Source: Mobula hypostoma (Eukaryota). Taken from it: 64,000 nt of DNA. A program made the position numbers and the translations under genes. The stretch covers positions 29,514,001 to 29,578,000 of the forward strand of contig NC_086097.1 of assembly GCF_963921235.1 (NCBI RefSeq), in the 5' to 3' direction. Each line of letters begins with the position of its first letter. The first letter of the stretch is position 1. The notes beneath the pieces were generated by a model. The model searched no databases. It was not told where the DNA came from and worked only from the letters and a program-made list of their open reading frames with translations. Shown one piece after another: positions 26,273 to 39,403 of the stretch.

Positions 26273-27520
26273 CAACATTCACAACACGCTGGAGGAACTC
26301 AGTAGGTTGGGCAGCATCCGTGGAAAAGATCAGTCAACGTTTCGGGCCGGAACCCTTCGTCAGGACTGTAGAGGGAAGGGGCAGAGGCCCTATAAAGAAG
26401 GTGGGGGGAGGGTGGGAAGGAGAAGGCTGGTAGGTTCCAGGTGAAAAACCAGTAAGGGGAAAGATAAAGGGGTTGGGGAGGGGAAGCAGGGAGGTGATAG
26501 GCAGGAAAGGTGAAGGAGGAATAGGGGAAAACACAATGGGCAGTAGGAGGAGGCTGATAGGCAGCTGGGGGAGGGGGCAGAGTGAAATAGGGATAGAGGA
26601 AGAGAGGGGGAGGGAATTACCGGAAGTTGGAGAATTCTATGTTCATAGCAAGGGGCTGGAGACTACCTAGACAGTATATGAGGTGCTGTTCCTCCAACCT
26701 GAGTTTAGCCTCATCATGGCAGTAGAGGAGGCCATGTATGGACATACCTGAATGGGAGTGGGAAGCAGAGTTGAACTGGGTGATTACTGGGAGATACTGT
26801 CTGTTTTGGCGGATGGAGTGGAGGTGCTTGACGAAGCGGTCCCCCAATCTGCGTCAGGTTTCACCGATGTAGAGGAGGCCGCACCGGGTGCACCGGATGC
26901 AATAGATGACCCCAACAGACTCACAAGTGAAGTGTTGCCTCACTTGGAAGTACTGTTTGGGGTCCTGAATGGTGGCAAGAGAGGAGGTGTAGGGACAGGT
27001 GTAGCACTTGCTCTTACAGGGATAAGTGCCAGGTGGGAGATCCATGGAGAGGGACGTGTGGACTAGGGAGTCGTGGAGGGACAGATTCCTGCGGAAAGCA
27101 GAGAGGGGTGGAGAGGGAAAGATGTGCTTAGTGGTGGGGTCCTGTTGAAGGTGGCAGAAGTTGTGGAGGATAATGTGTTGGATCCGGAGGCTAGTGGGGT
27201 GGTAGGTGAGGACAAGGGGAACTCTGTTCCTGTTGTGGTGGCGGGAGGATGGGATGAGAGCCGAACTGCGGGAAATGGAGGAGATGTGGGTGAGGGCATC
27301 ACTGATGATAGCAGAAGGGAAACCACCATCCTTAAAGAAAGAGGACATTTGAGATGTCCTGGAGCGGAAAACCTCATCCTCGGAGCAGATGAGGCGGAGA
27401 CGGGGGAACTGGGAATAGGGAATGGCATTTTTGCATGTGGCAGGGTGGGAAGAGGTATAGTTGAGTTAGTTATGAGAGTGAGTGGGCTTGTAGAAGATGT
27501 CAGTAGACATCTACTGACAA
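26273..27520 (-). mobile_element. 5'-truncated Penelope-like retroelement (RT C-terminus, GIY-YIG endonuclease, pLTR)
   Basis: RVPLVLTYHP; FTCESVGVIYCIRCTRCGLLYIGET; LEEQHLIYCLGSLQPLAMNIEFSNFR*; flanked by duplicated AGTGGTTGTAG (26262-26272, 27521-27531). Confidence 0.92.
26331..26368 (-). ncRNA. Minimal type I hammerhead ribozyme, intact core
   Basis: Minus strand CAGTC-CTGACGA-A-GGGTTCCGGCCC-GAAA-CG-TT-GACTG; stem I CAGUC/GACUG; GUU cleavage triplet. Confidence 0.8.
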
Positions 27521-28973
27521 AGTGGTTGTAGACAGGTCATATTCTGTATGGAAGTTGGTGACCAGTGGTGTGCCTCCGGGACCCCTAATCTTCGCGATTT
27601 TTATAAATGACCTGATGAGGAACTGGAGGGATGGGTTAGTAAATTTGCTGATGACACAAAGGTTGGGGGTGTTGTGGATAGTGTTGAGGGCTGTCAGAGG
27701 TCACAGCGGGACATTGATAGGATGCAAAACTGGGCTGAGAAGTGGCAGCTGGAGTTCAACCCAGATAAGTGTAAAGTAGTTCATTTTGGTAGGTCAAATA
27801 TGATGGCAGAGTATAGTATTAATGGTAAGACTCTTGGCAGTGTGGAGGATCAATGAGATCTTGGGGTCCATGTCCATAGGACACTCAAGGCTGCTGTGCA
27901 GGTTGACTATGCAGTTAAGAAGGCATATGGTGCATTGGCCTTCATCAACTGTGGGATTGAATGCAAGAGCCGAGAGGTAATGTTGCAGCTTTATAGCACC
28001 CTGGTCAGACCCCACTTGGAGTACTGTGCTCAGTTCTGGTCACCTCACTACAGGAAGGATGTGGAAACCACAGAAAGAGTGCAGAGGAGATTTACAAGGA
28101 TGTTGCCTGGATTGGGGAGCATGCCTTATGAGAATGCCTTACGTGAATTTGGCCTTTTCTCCTTGGAGCAACGGAGGATGAGAGGTGACCTGATAGAGGT
28201 GTATAAGATGACGAGAGGCATTGATCGTGTGGATAGTCAGAGGCTTTTCCCCAGGGCTGAAATGGCTAAAACGAGTGGGCACAGTTTTAAGGTGCTTGGA
28301 AGTAGGTACGGAGGAGATGTCAGGGGTAAGTTTTTTTTGTTACGCAGAGAGTGGTGAGTGCATGGAATGGGCTGCTGGCGACTGTGATGGAGGCTGATAC
28401 GAGAGGGTCTTTTAAGAGGCTCCTGGATAGGTACATGGAGCTTAGAAAAAGAGGGTAATGGGTAACCCTAGATAATTTCTAAAGTAGGTACACGTTCGAT
28501 GCAGTATTGTGGGCCGAAGGGCCTGTATTGTGCAGCTATGTTTCTATGAAACTGAAATCTGACCTCATTGCAACTTTATCCCTGCATTCTCCTCCTAGAC
28601 TCGCCCACTACAGGGAACATCCTCTCGACGTCCACTCAGCTTCCAATGATTTGGGCTGATGGATGGCATATAAAACAAAGTTTTTCGATGTACCTTGGTA
28701 CATGTGACAATAATAAACTAACCCATCAATTTCCCTTCAATAATTTGGTTCTTAATGCAACCTTCACAACCCAAACCACGTCAGTGCTGCAACACTACCA
28801 CCACTTTCCACTACAATGCATTTTGTCTGTTTTTGTTCCAGTTGTGTTCTTTCTTGTATAATTTAGTATCATTTATATCTTTCTTGTGCATGTTGTGCAT
28901 TTGATGCTGTGTGCCTGTAATTCTGCTGCAAGGAGATGTGTACATACACAAGTTCCCAGTCTACGTCACTCAC

Positions 28974-29064
28974 CACCACTTCTGCAGGCAATTCTTGATC
29001 CAGACCATAAGGATCGTAGCTGTTTGCATCTCTCACGTCTTCAACACTTCTTGTAACTATTGAG
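28974..29064 (-). CDS. CLMN: Calmin small exon (predicted)
   Basis: ttttattttaccag/gtgagt; 91 nt, only the phase-2 entry is stop-free: SIVTRSVEDVRDANSYDPYGLDQELPAEVV. Confidence 0.75.
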
Positions 29065-30055
29065 CTGGTAAAATAAAAGCCACAAACCAAATAATTTGAC
29101 AAGCACACTTGGACAAAGTATATGATAAGAAAACACATTAGTCAGGCTTTTTTTGAATCAAGAAAATAGTTGTCCTTTTGGCCTCATTGATCACAACAGA
29201 GGAGTGTTTGATGGCTCTGGGCCTATGCTCGGTGGAGTTGAGAAGAATGAGTGGGGATCTCATTGAAGTCTATTGAATATTGGAAAGCCTAGATAAAGTG
29301 GAGAGTCTAGGACCAGAGGGCACAGCCTCAGAATACAAGGACATCCCTTTAGATCAAAGATGAGGAAGAATTTCTTTAGCCAGAGGGTGGTGAATCTGTG
29401 GAATTCATTGCCACAGACAGCTGAGCAGGCCAAGTCACTGCGTATATTTAAAGCGGAGGTTGATAAGCTCTTGATTAGTAAGGGTGTGGGATTAAGGCAG
29501 GAGAATGGGGTTGAGGAGGATAATAAATCAGCCATGGCAGAGCAGATTTGATGGGCCAAATGACCCAGTTCTACTCGGATTTCTTATGGTCTTATTGTCA
29601 TATGCACAGGTGCAATGAAATTCAACCAGAGGGTGGGAAGGACCTCCTTTCCTCCTTCTACAGGCTTCTAACTTGCAGCCCAAAAGGAGGTCTCTACTCA
29701 AACCATTGACCATCCATTGCTCCCCCAAGCCCACAGATGCTGCCTCATTGGCTCAGTCCCTCCCGCAACAAGCAATCTGCTGAAGGACTCAGTAGGTCGA
29801 GCAGCATCTGTGAGGGGGGAGTGGGGTGGGTGAAGAAATTGTCAAGACTCTGAATCAGGGATGAGACTTTGTCCGGCAGACTGTTGCTCCAGATTCCTGT
29901 GCCTGCAGTGCCTTGTGTCTCCTGTAGAGTTTTTGTTCCTCTAGTTCAGGTTATCTAGTTGTAGTACCAAAGAAAAGTGGTAGATCAGCTGCGGGGGTGG
30001 GGGGAGGCCGAGAAGCGTGGGCCAGACATGACAGAGAAAAGTCATGGGTGTTCAC

Positions 30056-30210
30056 CTTGAAACCTCGGTGCTCTGTGGTTCTGCGAGTTGCTGTGAGCTG
30101 GCGATGGCCACCAGCTCTGTCTCACTGCCCAAGCCCTCCTCCTCTTCTCCAGTCTCCTCTGCCCTGTCCCTTGGATTTGTCTGCAGGTCCCACTGCTGGG
30201 CTCCAACCTC
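30056..30210 (-). CDS. CLMN: Calmin small exon (predicted)
   Basis: attttag/gtgaac; 155 nt, phase 0 to 2, EVGAQQWDLQTNPRDRAEETGEEEEGLGSETELVAIASSQQLAEPQSTEVS; phase matches both neighbours. Confidence 0.7.
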
Positions 30211-30299
30211 CTAAAATATTCAGAATCAGAATTAGATTTAATATCACTGACCTTGACGTCGTGAATAACACACACAAAATGTTGGAATTTAGAATTTAT

Positions 30300-31020
30300 T
30301 TAAAACCTTACATCCATTGACAACGTGAGGGAGTAAAAGCCTTTGCGTTATGACTCCGTTTGCAATGTACAGACAAGTGAATATAAAAGTCTAATGGCTT
30401 GTAGAAAGAAGCTGTCCCGTAGCCTGTTGGTCCTGGCTTTAATGCTGTGGTAGCATTTGCCAGACCGAAACAGCAAAAACAGTGTATGGTTGGAGTGACC
30501 TGCGTCCTGATCATCTTCCAGGCCTTCTTCATGCAAATGTCCTCAATGGAGGGAAGTTCACATCCACAGACGCGCTGGGCTGTCCGTACCACTCTCTGTA
30601 GTGCCCAACAATCAAGGTTGGTGCAGTTCCTGTACCAGGCGGTGATACAGCCAGTCAGTATGCCTCAATGGCGCCCCTGTAGAAGGTCTTCAGGATTTGG
30701 GGACCATGCCGAACTTCTTCAGTTGCCTGAGGTGGAAGAGACATTCTTGTGCCACGCAGCTGGTGTGTACAGTCCAGGCAAGATCTTCGGTGATGTGTAT
30801 ACCAAGGAACTTGAAACTGCTCACCCTCTCAACTGCAGACCCGTTGATGTTGGTTGGGCTGAGTCTGTCTCCATTCCTCCTGTAATCCACAATCAGCTCT
30901 TTTGTTTTTTGGACATTGAGAGAGAGGTTGTTATCCTGGCACCCCTGTGTCATGGTGTCAACCTCTCCTCTGTAGGCTCTCTCATCACTGCTAGAAATAA
31001 GGCCAATCAAAGTTGTGTCA
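30300..31020 (-). mobile_element. Rex1/Babar-like LINE 3' fragment
   Basis: DNNLSLNVQKTKELIVDYRR...VERVSSFKFLGIHITEDLAW; KARTNRLRDSFFLQAIRLL. Confidence 0.85.
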
Positions 31021-33490
31021 TCGGGACTGAACAGGACTGGAAAAGGTTCTCAGCCCAAAACACCGACTGTTTATTCCTCTCCATAGATGCTACCTGACCT
31101 GCAAAGTTCTTCCAGCATTTTGTGTGCGCTACTCTGGACTTCCAGCATCGGCAGAATCTTGCGTCAGATGGCATGCAGCTTACTGCTTTGTGGCAACAGC
31201 ACAGTGCAAAGACAGCAGAGGGTCATAGAAAAGTACAGCACAGAAACAGGGCTTTCAGCCCATCTAGTCTTGCTGAAATTACTATAAATTACAAAATAAA
31301 TACATAGTGCAAAAGAAGGAATAACGAGTATTCATAGGCTGTGCAGCAATGTGATGGTGGAGGGGAAAAAACTGTTCCTGAACTTGAGAATGTGTGATGT
31401 CAGGTTCCTGTACCTCTTCCCCATGGTGGTACGGAGAAGAGGGCATGTCCTGGCTGGTGAGGGTACTTAATTATGGATGCTACCCTCCTGAGGCACCACC
31501 TCTATGGTAGGGAGGGCTGTGCTTGTGATGGAGCTGGCTGAGTCTACAGTCCTCTGCAGATCCTTGTGATTCTGCACATTGGCACCTCTACACCAGGCTC
31601 AGATGCAAACAGTCAGAAAGCTCTCCACCACACGACAACAGAAATTGTCAAGGATCTTTGGCTGACTTGGAGTACTGTGTTCCGTTCTGATTGCCCTGCC
31701 AAAGGGAAAGACGTTATGAAACTGGAAAAAGTACAGAAAAGATTCACAAAGATGATGCCGGGACTTGAGAGACAGAGTTACAAGAGGAGGCCGGACGGGC
31801 TAGGACTTTATTCCCTAGAATGTAGGGTTCTGAGAGGTGGTCTTACAGAGGAGTTTAATGTCATGAGGAACATAGATAGTGTGAATGCAACCAGCCTTAC
31901 TCCCAGTGTTTGGGAAATCAATAATTGGACAGCATAGGTTTAAGGTGAGAGAGCAGAGAGTTAAGAGAAACGAAGGAAAATTTTTAAAAACCCAAGCGGT
32001 AGTATAATTGTGGAATAGGCTGCCAGAGGTAGTGGTTGAGGTACGTACAAGAACAACTTTTAAAAGTACAGTTGAACAGATACACAGACTAGAGCGCTTT
32101 AAGAGGTCGTGGGCCAAGCACTGTCAAATGAGACTTGGATGGGCATCTTGGCGGGTAGGGAAGAGCTGGGCAAAAGCACCTGGTTCTGTGCTGTATGACT
32201 CTATACCGAGTTCAAAAAAGAGTAGAGCCATTGATGTGCCTTCTTCACAACTGCATCACAGTGTTGGGATACCAGCTGTGTTGCTACCGTAAAATAATAT
32301 TCAAAGATTTCATAAGCCATCTGATATTTTTAATTAAACTTGAAAAATAGAATTCTTATCTTCCAAACACATTCTTTGTTTTAGAAATTTCAAACTCAAT
32401 TTCCATTTCTTAGGAAAGTATCTTTCAATTCACACCAATACTTATCAGCAGTTTCTGCCCCCACAACACCGGCAGCACTGTGGCACAGTGGGCTGAGCCG
32501 CTGTCTCGCAGCTCCAGCAGCTCACGTTCAATCCTGACCTCGGGCACTGTCTGCGTGGAGTTTGCACAACTTCCCCGTGACCGTGCCCGATTTCTTCTGA
32601 CATTCACCTCAATGACATGTGGGCCAGTAGGCTGCTGTAAACTAACCTGATTGATTAGGTACGCCAACACGAGGAAATCTGCAGAGGCTGGAATTTCAAG
32701 CAAACACACACAAAATGCTGGAGAAAATCTGAGATCTGAGATGCTGCCTGGCCCGCTGCGTTCCACCAGCATTTTGTATGTGTTGCCTGATTGTTTAGGC
32801 AGACAGGTAGAATCCAGGGGGAGAATGAAGGGTGGTTGATGCTTAGCATGAACGTGTGGGCCGAAGAGCCTATTTTAGTGCTGTATCTCTGGGCATAGGT
32901 ACATCAATGTGTATTTGTCTGTACCTACATGCCCTTGATATGGCTGCAAGTTTTTCACTGTACCTGTACCTCACCGTACTTGTGCACATGACAGTAAACT
33001 CGACTTGGATTGACAATGCATCATGGGCACATCCCTATCCACCATCTCAGGAGTATCTACAGGAGGTGCCACCTTGAGAAGGCAACATCCACCACATGGG
33101 CCATGCCAGCCTCTCTTCACTACATCGGGCAGGAAGTACAGAAGCCTGAAGATCCACACCACCAGGTCCAGGAACAACTACTTCCCTTCAACCATTTGAT
33201 TCTTGAACCAACCAGCGAAACCCTAATCACTACAGTAACACTACAATCACTTTGCACTAAAATGGACATTTTTTTTTGCTCTAATGGCATTCTTCCTGAA
33301 CTACACCATGTACAATTTATGCCCAACTTAAGTTTTTCACGTGAATGCTGCTTTGTGTGTGTCATGCTGTTGCAAGTACGTGTTTCATTACACTTGTGCG
33401 TATGACAATAAACTCGACTGTGATTTTGTAGACTTGACACATATGACCGTTGTTGCAAACAGGACAATTTACTTAATGAAGAAATGTTAC

Positions 33491-34825
33491 CTCTGAACCT
33501 TCACGCCTTTCTTCTTCATCCGCGTGAGATCCTCCCTCAGATACTTGAAGATCTCCGTTGTTTGGTTCTGAGGACTTTTCTTCCCAAGGTCTATCAGGAT
33601 GGTGTAGTGTAGGCTGTCCTGACAGCTCACCCTGACACACCACAGCCAGTTCGCCGGGAATACCAGTCTTCACCTCGGGCACAAACTCGGCCGTCTCAGT
33701 CTCTTGCAAGGAAGACAATGGCTGAACAACCTCTCTAGTTTCTGAAGGACGAGAATGATTCAAAGTGTCTGCTTGATCAGTGTCAGGGGAGCACAGCGCG
33801 TAATCAGATGAGGTTGGACTGAGTTCTTGCAGTGAGAATGTGCCACTGAACTCGGAACAAGACTGATAGGCTTCGTCAGTAAGTGGTGACAGTTCTTTGT
33901 CAGACTGAATCCTGGGAATAAGATCCCTCTGTGAAGTACCGGTAACCGAGAAAGCTTCAAGCACCTCAGACACAGGTACGTCGTAATGAGGGTAATAAAC
34001 AAGGTTGAGTGGTATCACAGACACTTTCTCATCGCCCTGGAGGATTGAGCTGATCCCCGTGGAGGACCTCTCATTCTGCTGAACAGATGGCTTCTCATCT
34101 GTCTGCGTACCCGATTCTGAAACGGTACGGTTCTGGGCAGGAGCGCTGGCCTCCGCTCGGAGGTCGACAGGACATAAAGAATGAAGTTGAGAGTTACTGG
34201 AATTGTAAGAGTCCATGACGCCTTTCTGTACGGAGGTCTCCGAGGAGGCATCACCTGCCGATTTTACAGACGACGCAGAGGCTTCAACATTGGGTACAAC
34301 TGTGAAAACGTCATTGGCTGAGACCGGTGAGCCGCTGTCATGGGAGACTGGGGACGATGGCTCCTCCTCTAGAACCAATATCTTCTCTCCAGTTGAAGTC
34401 TTTCTCCTCACTGGATGCAGCAGTACAAATATCTCCTCTACTGTCTCAGTAGCCTCGGGGCTATGCTGCGAGGATCGGCGGCGCAAATCCAATGATGGCG
34501 GTCCATTATCTTGATATATAGTTGAGTTATTGGCATTGGGAATGGATGAAGGAGATGCTTCTCTCTCAGAGCCTCCATTCTCGTTAACAAGGAAGTGATC
34601 AACGTCATCATGTGATGGTAGATCATCGACCATCTCCTCTCTCTGCGAGGTGTGCACAGGTTCCTTGGTATTTTCTGAAGCATAGGATTCATTGTTTAAA
34701 ACACTGTTCAGTTCTTCTTCCTGGGTCTTACTTGAATATTGCACTCCTAAGTTTGAAGGCATAACTTCAGGGCTGAAGCAAGAGTTTTCCAATGGCAATT
34801 CAGAGGCATCTTCTGCCAAATTGTT
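33491..34825 (-). CDS. CLMN: Calmin large exon 9, acidic Ser-rich low-complexity region
   Basis: 1335-nt open frame (ORF track 33473..34819); ttcttgacag acceptor, GAG|gtaac donor; phase 0-0; contains VIPLNLVYYPHYDVPVSEVLEAF, recalled as similar to a conserved calmin block. Confidence 0.9.
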
Positions 34826-35024
34826 CTGTCAAGAAAACAAAATAATTAGACGTATTAAACATACACACATCTCCTAATCTTTTAAAAGCTCAGAGTGATG
34901 GATTGTTAGTCACAGAGGTAGCCAGTCAAACAGCACATAAAACAGACCCAACTGGTTCATTTCAATCAAGGTGCCTACCTAAGCTAGTCCCACTCACTCG
35001 CATTTGGGCCATGTCCCTGTAAGC

Positions 35025-35103
35025 CAGGGGTTCCCAGCCTTTTTTATGCCATGGACCAACACCATTAAGCAAGGGGTCGGTGGACCCCAGGTTGGAAATC
35101 CTG
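35025..35103. mobile_element. 79-bp hAT-type MITE
   Basis: CAGGGGTTCCCAGCCT...AGGTTGGAAATCCTG TIRs; degenerate 8-bp TSD ctgtaagc/ctctaaat; related copy at about 49030-49098. Confidence 0.7.
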
Positions 35104-35854
35104 CTCTAAATCTTTGCTGTCCATGTACCCGTCCAAATGTCTTTTAAGTATTGTTACACTACCGCCTCAACTTCTTCATCTGGCACCTCATTCCATATAC
35201 ATACTGCCCAAGCATGAGAAAGTAGGTGGTGTGTATAAATCTTCCTCTTCTTGCCTAAAACCTATGCCCTCTAGTTCTGCATTCCCTTTCCCTGAGAAAA
35301 AGACTGTGCATTGGCCCTGTCAATGTCCCTCATGATTTTATATACCTCGATAAGATCACCCCTCATTGTCCTACATTCCAAGGGATAAAGTCCTAGCCTG
35401 CTAAAGCAAAGGCTAGCGTAATACTATCACAGCACCAGCGTCCCGGGTTCAATTCCTGCCGCTGTCTGTAAGGAGTTTGTACAAACATCCCGTGACCACT
35501 TAGGTTTCCTCCGCGTGCTCCAGTTTCCTCCCACCTTCCACAGATGTAGGGGTTAATAGGTTAATCAGTCACATGGGTGTAGTTGGACAACACAGGCTCA
35601 TTGAGCTGGAAGGACCTGTTATCATGCTGTGCTGTATCTCTAAATAAAATAAAACCACTCCCTACAACTCAAGTCCTCGAATCCAGGCAACGTTCTTCAC
35701 TTTGCTCTTCAGGACCTTGTTGAAAGAAGGCTTTATTACCAGAAAATGAAGTCTAACTAATTAGTGAGTGATAGTTGGTCTTAATCTCCTCAGGTGATCT
35801 CCCAGTACCCTTAGTAACACCAGGCACAGTGGTCATCTATTTGATAGAATGGGT

Positions 35855-36185
35855 GGCACATGGGCACAGTGCCATGGACCCAGGTTCGATCTTGACCTCA
35901 GCTACTGTCGGTATGGAGTCTGCATGCTCACCCCGTGAATCAGTAGAGTTTCCTCCACCTGCTCCTGCTTCCTCCCACATTCCAAAGACATGTAGGTCAG
36001 AGGGTTGATTTGCCGCTGTAAATTGCCCCTGGTGTGTGGGTGAGTGACGGAATCTGGGGAGAGTTGCTGAGAATGTGGGGGGGAGTGAAAAAGGGGTCAA
36101 TGTACAATTGGTATAAACGGGTGGTTGATAGTTAGCGCAGACTCATTGAGCCAAAAGGCCCGTTTCTGTACTGTATCTATGACTA
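35855..36185 (+). mobile_element. V-SINE with CR1-like 3' tail
   Basis: GGTTCGATCTTGACC B-box, CTTCCTCCCACATTCCAAAGAC V-domain, ends ...gtttctgtactgtatctatgactat. Confidence 0.7.
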
Positions 36186-36778
36186 TCCTCCTGGAAAGGG
36201 TATGGGTATTGGTATCGGTTTATCATTGTCACACATACTGAGATATAGCGAAAAGCTCGTGTTTGTGTGTCATCCACACAGACCCTGCCAATCACAAATA
36301 CAAACAGGAAGAATAACAGAATGAAGATACAGTCAAAAGAAGGATGACAAAGTATAGCCCAAATACTTTAATTATATTATATAGATTAGATTAAAGATTA
36401 GCTTTATTTGATGCAAAGGACACATTTCACAGTGTTTCGATGTACATGTGACAAATAAAGCTAATCTTTATCATCATTGTTATTGTTTTGCCTTGTTCTA
36501 CCTCAGTGCACTGTGCAATGATCCGATCTCTATAAACCGTATGCAAGACAAGTGTTTCACTGTATCATGGTACATGTCACAATAATAAACCATTTCCAAT
36601 TCCAAGCCTGTCAACAGTGCTTCTTTATTATTAATTGGCCTGATTAAGTTTTCTGTCTTCTCGGTTCAGTCATGCTGTTCAAACTCATCTGACTCACAGA
36701 CACTGGCGGAGAGAGCAACTCAAGACAGCTGACTGTTGATGGCAGAGTTTGCCAGACGCTGAGACACAAATCTCCTAC

Positions 36779-36861
36779 CTCGTCCACATAAGGGAAATGT
36801 TCCAGAAACTGTGAGACATAGGTCGCAATGGACTGTTCTTCAGGACGTTCAACATCCACAT
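36779..36861 (-). CDS. CLMN: Calmin exon 8, end of CH2
   Basis: cttcag/gtagga; 83 nt, (D)VDVERPEEQSIATYVSQFLEHFPYVDE. Confidence 0.94.
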
Positions 36862-37160
36862 CTGAAGATCAAAGGAAACACAAGACATAGGAACAGAATT
36901 AGCCAGTCATTCCATCGAGCCTGATCCATCACTCAATCCTGGCTGGTTCATTTTCTTTCCCAACCCAATTCTTCTACTGTCACCCTGTAACTGTTGACAC
37001 TCCTACTAACCAAGAACCTATCAACCTCTGATTTAAACATACCCAATCACTTGTCCTCCCTGAACACTTGCATCAATGGTGTTGAGGTGGGAAGGGCTGA
37101 GAGTGTCAAGTTCCTGGGAGTGAACATCACCCACCAATAGCCTGTCCTATTCCAAACAGA

Positions 37161-39403
37161 TAGAAACATAGAAACATAGAAAATAGGTGCAGGAGTAGGC
37201 CATTCGGCCCTTCGAGCCTGCACCACCATTCAGTATGATCATGGCTGATCATCCAACTCAGAACCCTGTACCAGCCTTCCCTCTATACCCCCTGATCCCT
37301 TTAGCCACAAGGGCCATATCTAACTCCCTCTTAAATATAGCCAATGAACTGGCCTCAACTGTTTCCTGTGGCAGAGAATTCCACAGATTCACCACTCTCT
37401 GTGTGAAGAAGTTTTTCCTCATCTCGGTCCTAAAAGGCTTCCCCTTTATCCTCAAACTGTGACCCCTTGTTCTGGACTTCCCCAACATCGGGAACAATCT
37501 TCCTGCATCTAGCCTGTCCAATCCCTTTAGGATTTTATACGTTTCAATAAGATCCCCCCTCAATCTTCTAAATTCCAACAAGTATAAGCCTAGTTGATCA
37601 AGTCTTTCATCATATGAAAGTCCTGCCATCCCAGGAATCAATCTGGTGAACTTTCTTTGTACTCCCTCTATGGCAAGGATGTCTTTCCTCAGACTAGGGG
37701 ACCAAAACTGCACACAATACTCCAGGTGTGGTCTCACCAAGGCTTTGTACAACTGCAGTAGTACCTCCCTGCTCCTGTACTCGAATCCTCTTGCTATGAA
37801 TGCCAGCATACCATTCGCCTTTTTCACCACCTGCTGTACCTGCAGGCCCACTTTCAATGACTGGTGTATAATGACACCCAGGTCTCGTTGCACCTCCCCT
37901 TTTCCTAATCGGCCACCATTCAGATAATAATCTGTTTTCCTGTTTTTGCCACCAAAGTGGATAACCTCACATTTATCCACATTAAATTGCATCTGCCATG
38001 AATTTGCCCACTCACCTAACCTATCCAAGTCACCCTGCATCCTCTTAGCATCCTCCTCACAGCTAACACTGCTGCCCAGCTTTGTGTCATCTGCAAACTT
38101 GGAGATGCTGCATTTAATTCCCTCATCTAAGTCATTAATATATATTGTAAACAACTGGGGTCCCAGCACTGAGCCTTGCGGTACCCCACTAGTCACTGCC
38201 TGCCATTCTGAAAAGGTCCCGTTTATTCCCACTCTTTGCTTCCTGTCTGCCAACCAATTCTCTATCCACATCAATACCTTACCCCAATACCGTGTGCTTT
38301 AAGTTTGCACACTAATCTCCTGTGTGGGATCTTGTCAAAAGCCTTTTGAAAATCCAAATATACCACATCCACTGGTTCTCCCCTATCCACTCTACTAGTT
38401 ACATCCTCAAAAAATTCTATGAGATTCGTCAGACATGATTTTCCTTTCACAAATCCATGCTGACTTTGTCCGATGATTTCACCGCTTTCCAAATGTGCTG
38501 TTATCACATCTTTGATAACTGACTCTAGCATTTTCCCCACCATCGAAGTTAGGCTAACTGGTCTATAATTCCCCGGTTTCTCTCTCCCTCCTTTTTTAAA
38601 AAATGTGGTTACATTAGCCACCCTCCAATCCTCAGGAACTAGTCCAGAATCTAAAGAGTTTTGAAAAATTATCACTAATGCATCCACTATTTCTTGGGCT
38701 ACTTCCTTAAGCACTCTGGGATGCAGACCATCTGGTCCTGGGGATTTAGCTGCCTTTAATCCCTTCAATTTAACTATCACCACTTCCCTACTAACATGTA
38801 TTTCCCTCAGTTCTTCCATCTCACTGGACCCTCTGTCCCCTACTATTTCCGGAAGATTATTTATGTCCTCCTTAATGAAGACAGAACCAAAGTAGTTATT
38901 CAATTGGTCTGCCATGTCCTTACTCCCCATAATCAATTCACCTGTTTCTGTCTGTAGGGGACCTACATTTGTCTTAACCAATCTTTTTCTTTTCGCATAT
39001 CTGTAAAAGCTTTTACAGTCAGTTTTTATGTTCCCTGCCAGTTTTCTCTCATAATCTTTTTTCCCCTTCCTAATTAAGCCCTTTGTCCTCCTCTGCTGGA
39101 CTCTGAATTTCTCCCAGTCCTCAGGTGACCCACTTTTTCTGGCTAATTTGTATGCTACTTCTTTGGAATTGATACTATCCCTAATTTCCCTTGTCAGCCA
39201 TGGGTGCACTACCTTCCTTGATTTATTCTTTTGCCAAACTGGGATGAACAATTGTTGTAGTTCATCCATGCAACCTTTAAATGCTTGCCATTGCATATCC
39301 ACCGTCAACCCTTTAAGTATCATTTGCCAGTTTATCTTAGCTAATTCACGTCTCATACCTTCAAAGTTACCCTTCTTTAAGTTCAGAACCTTTGTTTCTG
39401 ATA
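37161..39403 (-). mobile_element. Young 5'-truncated CR1 LINE, ORF2 broken by one frameshift
   Basis: 378-aa and 338-aa ORFs abutting at about 38272; [20 protein letters not shown]; (TTTCTATG)n 3' tail at 37161-37182. Confidence 0.95.

Larger units (their letters stand above)
26150..28550 (+). mobile_element. CR1 3' fragment interrupted by a Penelope-like insertion
   Basis: [15 protein letters not shown] at about 26270 resumes as VVVDRSYSVWKLVTSGVP at about 27522; VRPHLEYCAQFWSP; TTTCTATG tail. Confidence 0.9.
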
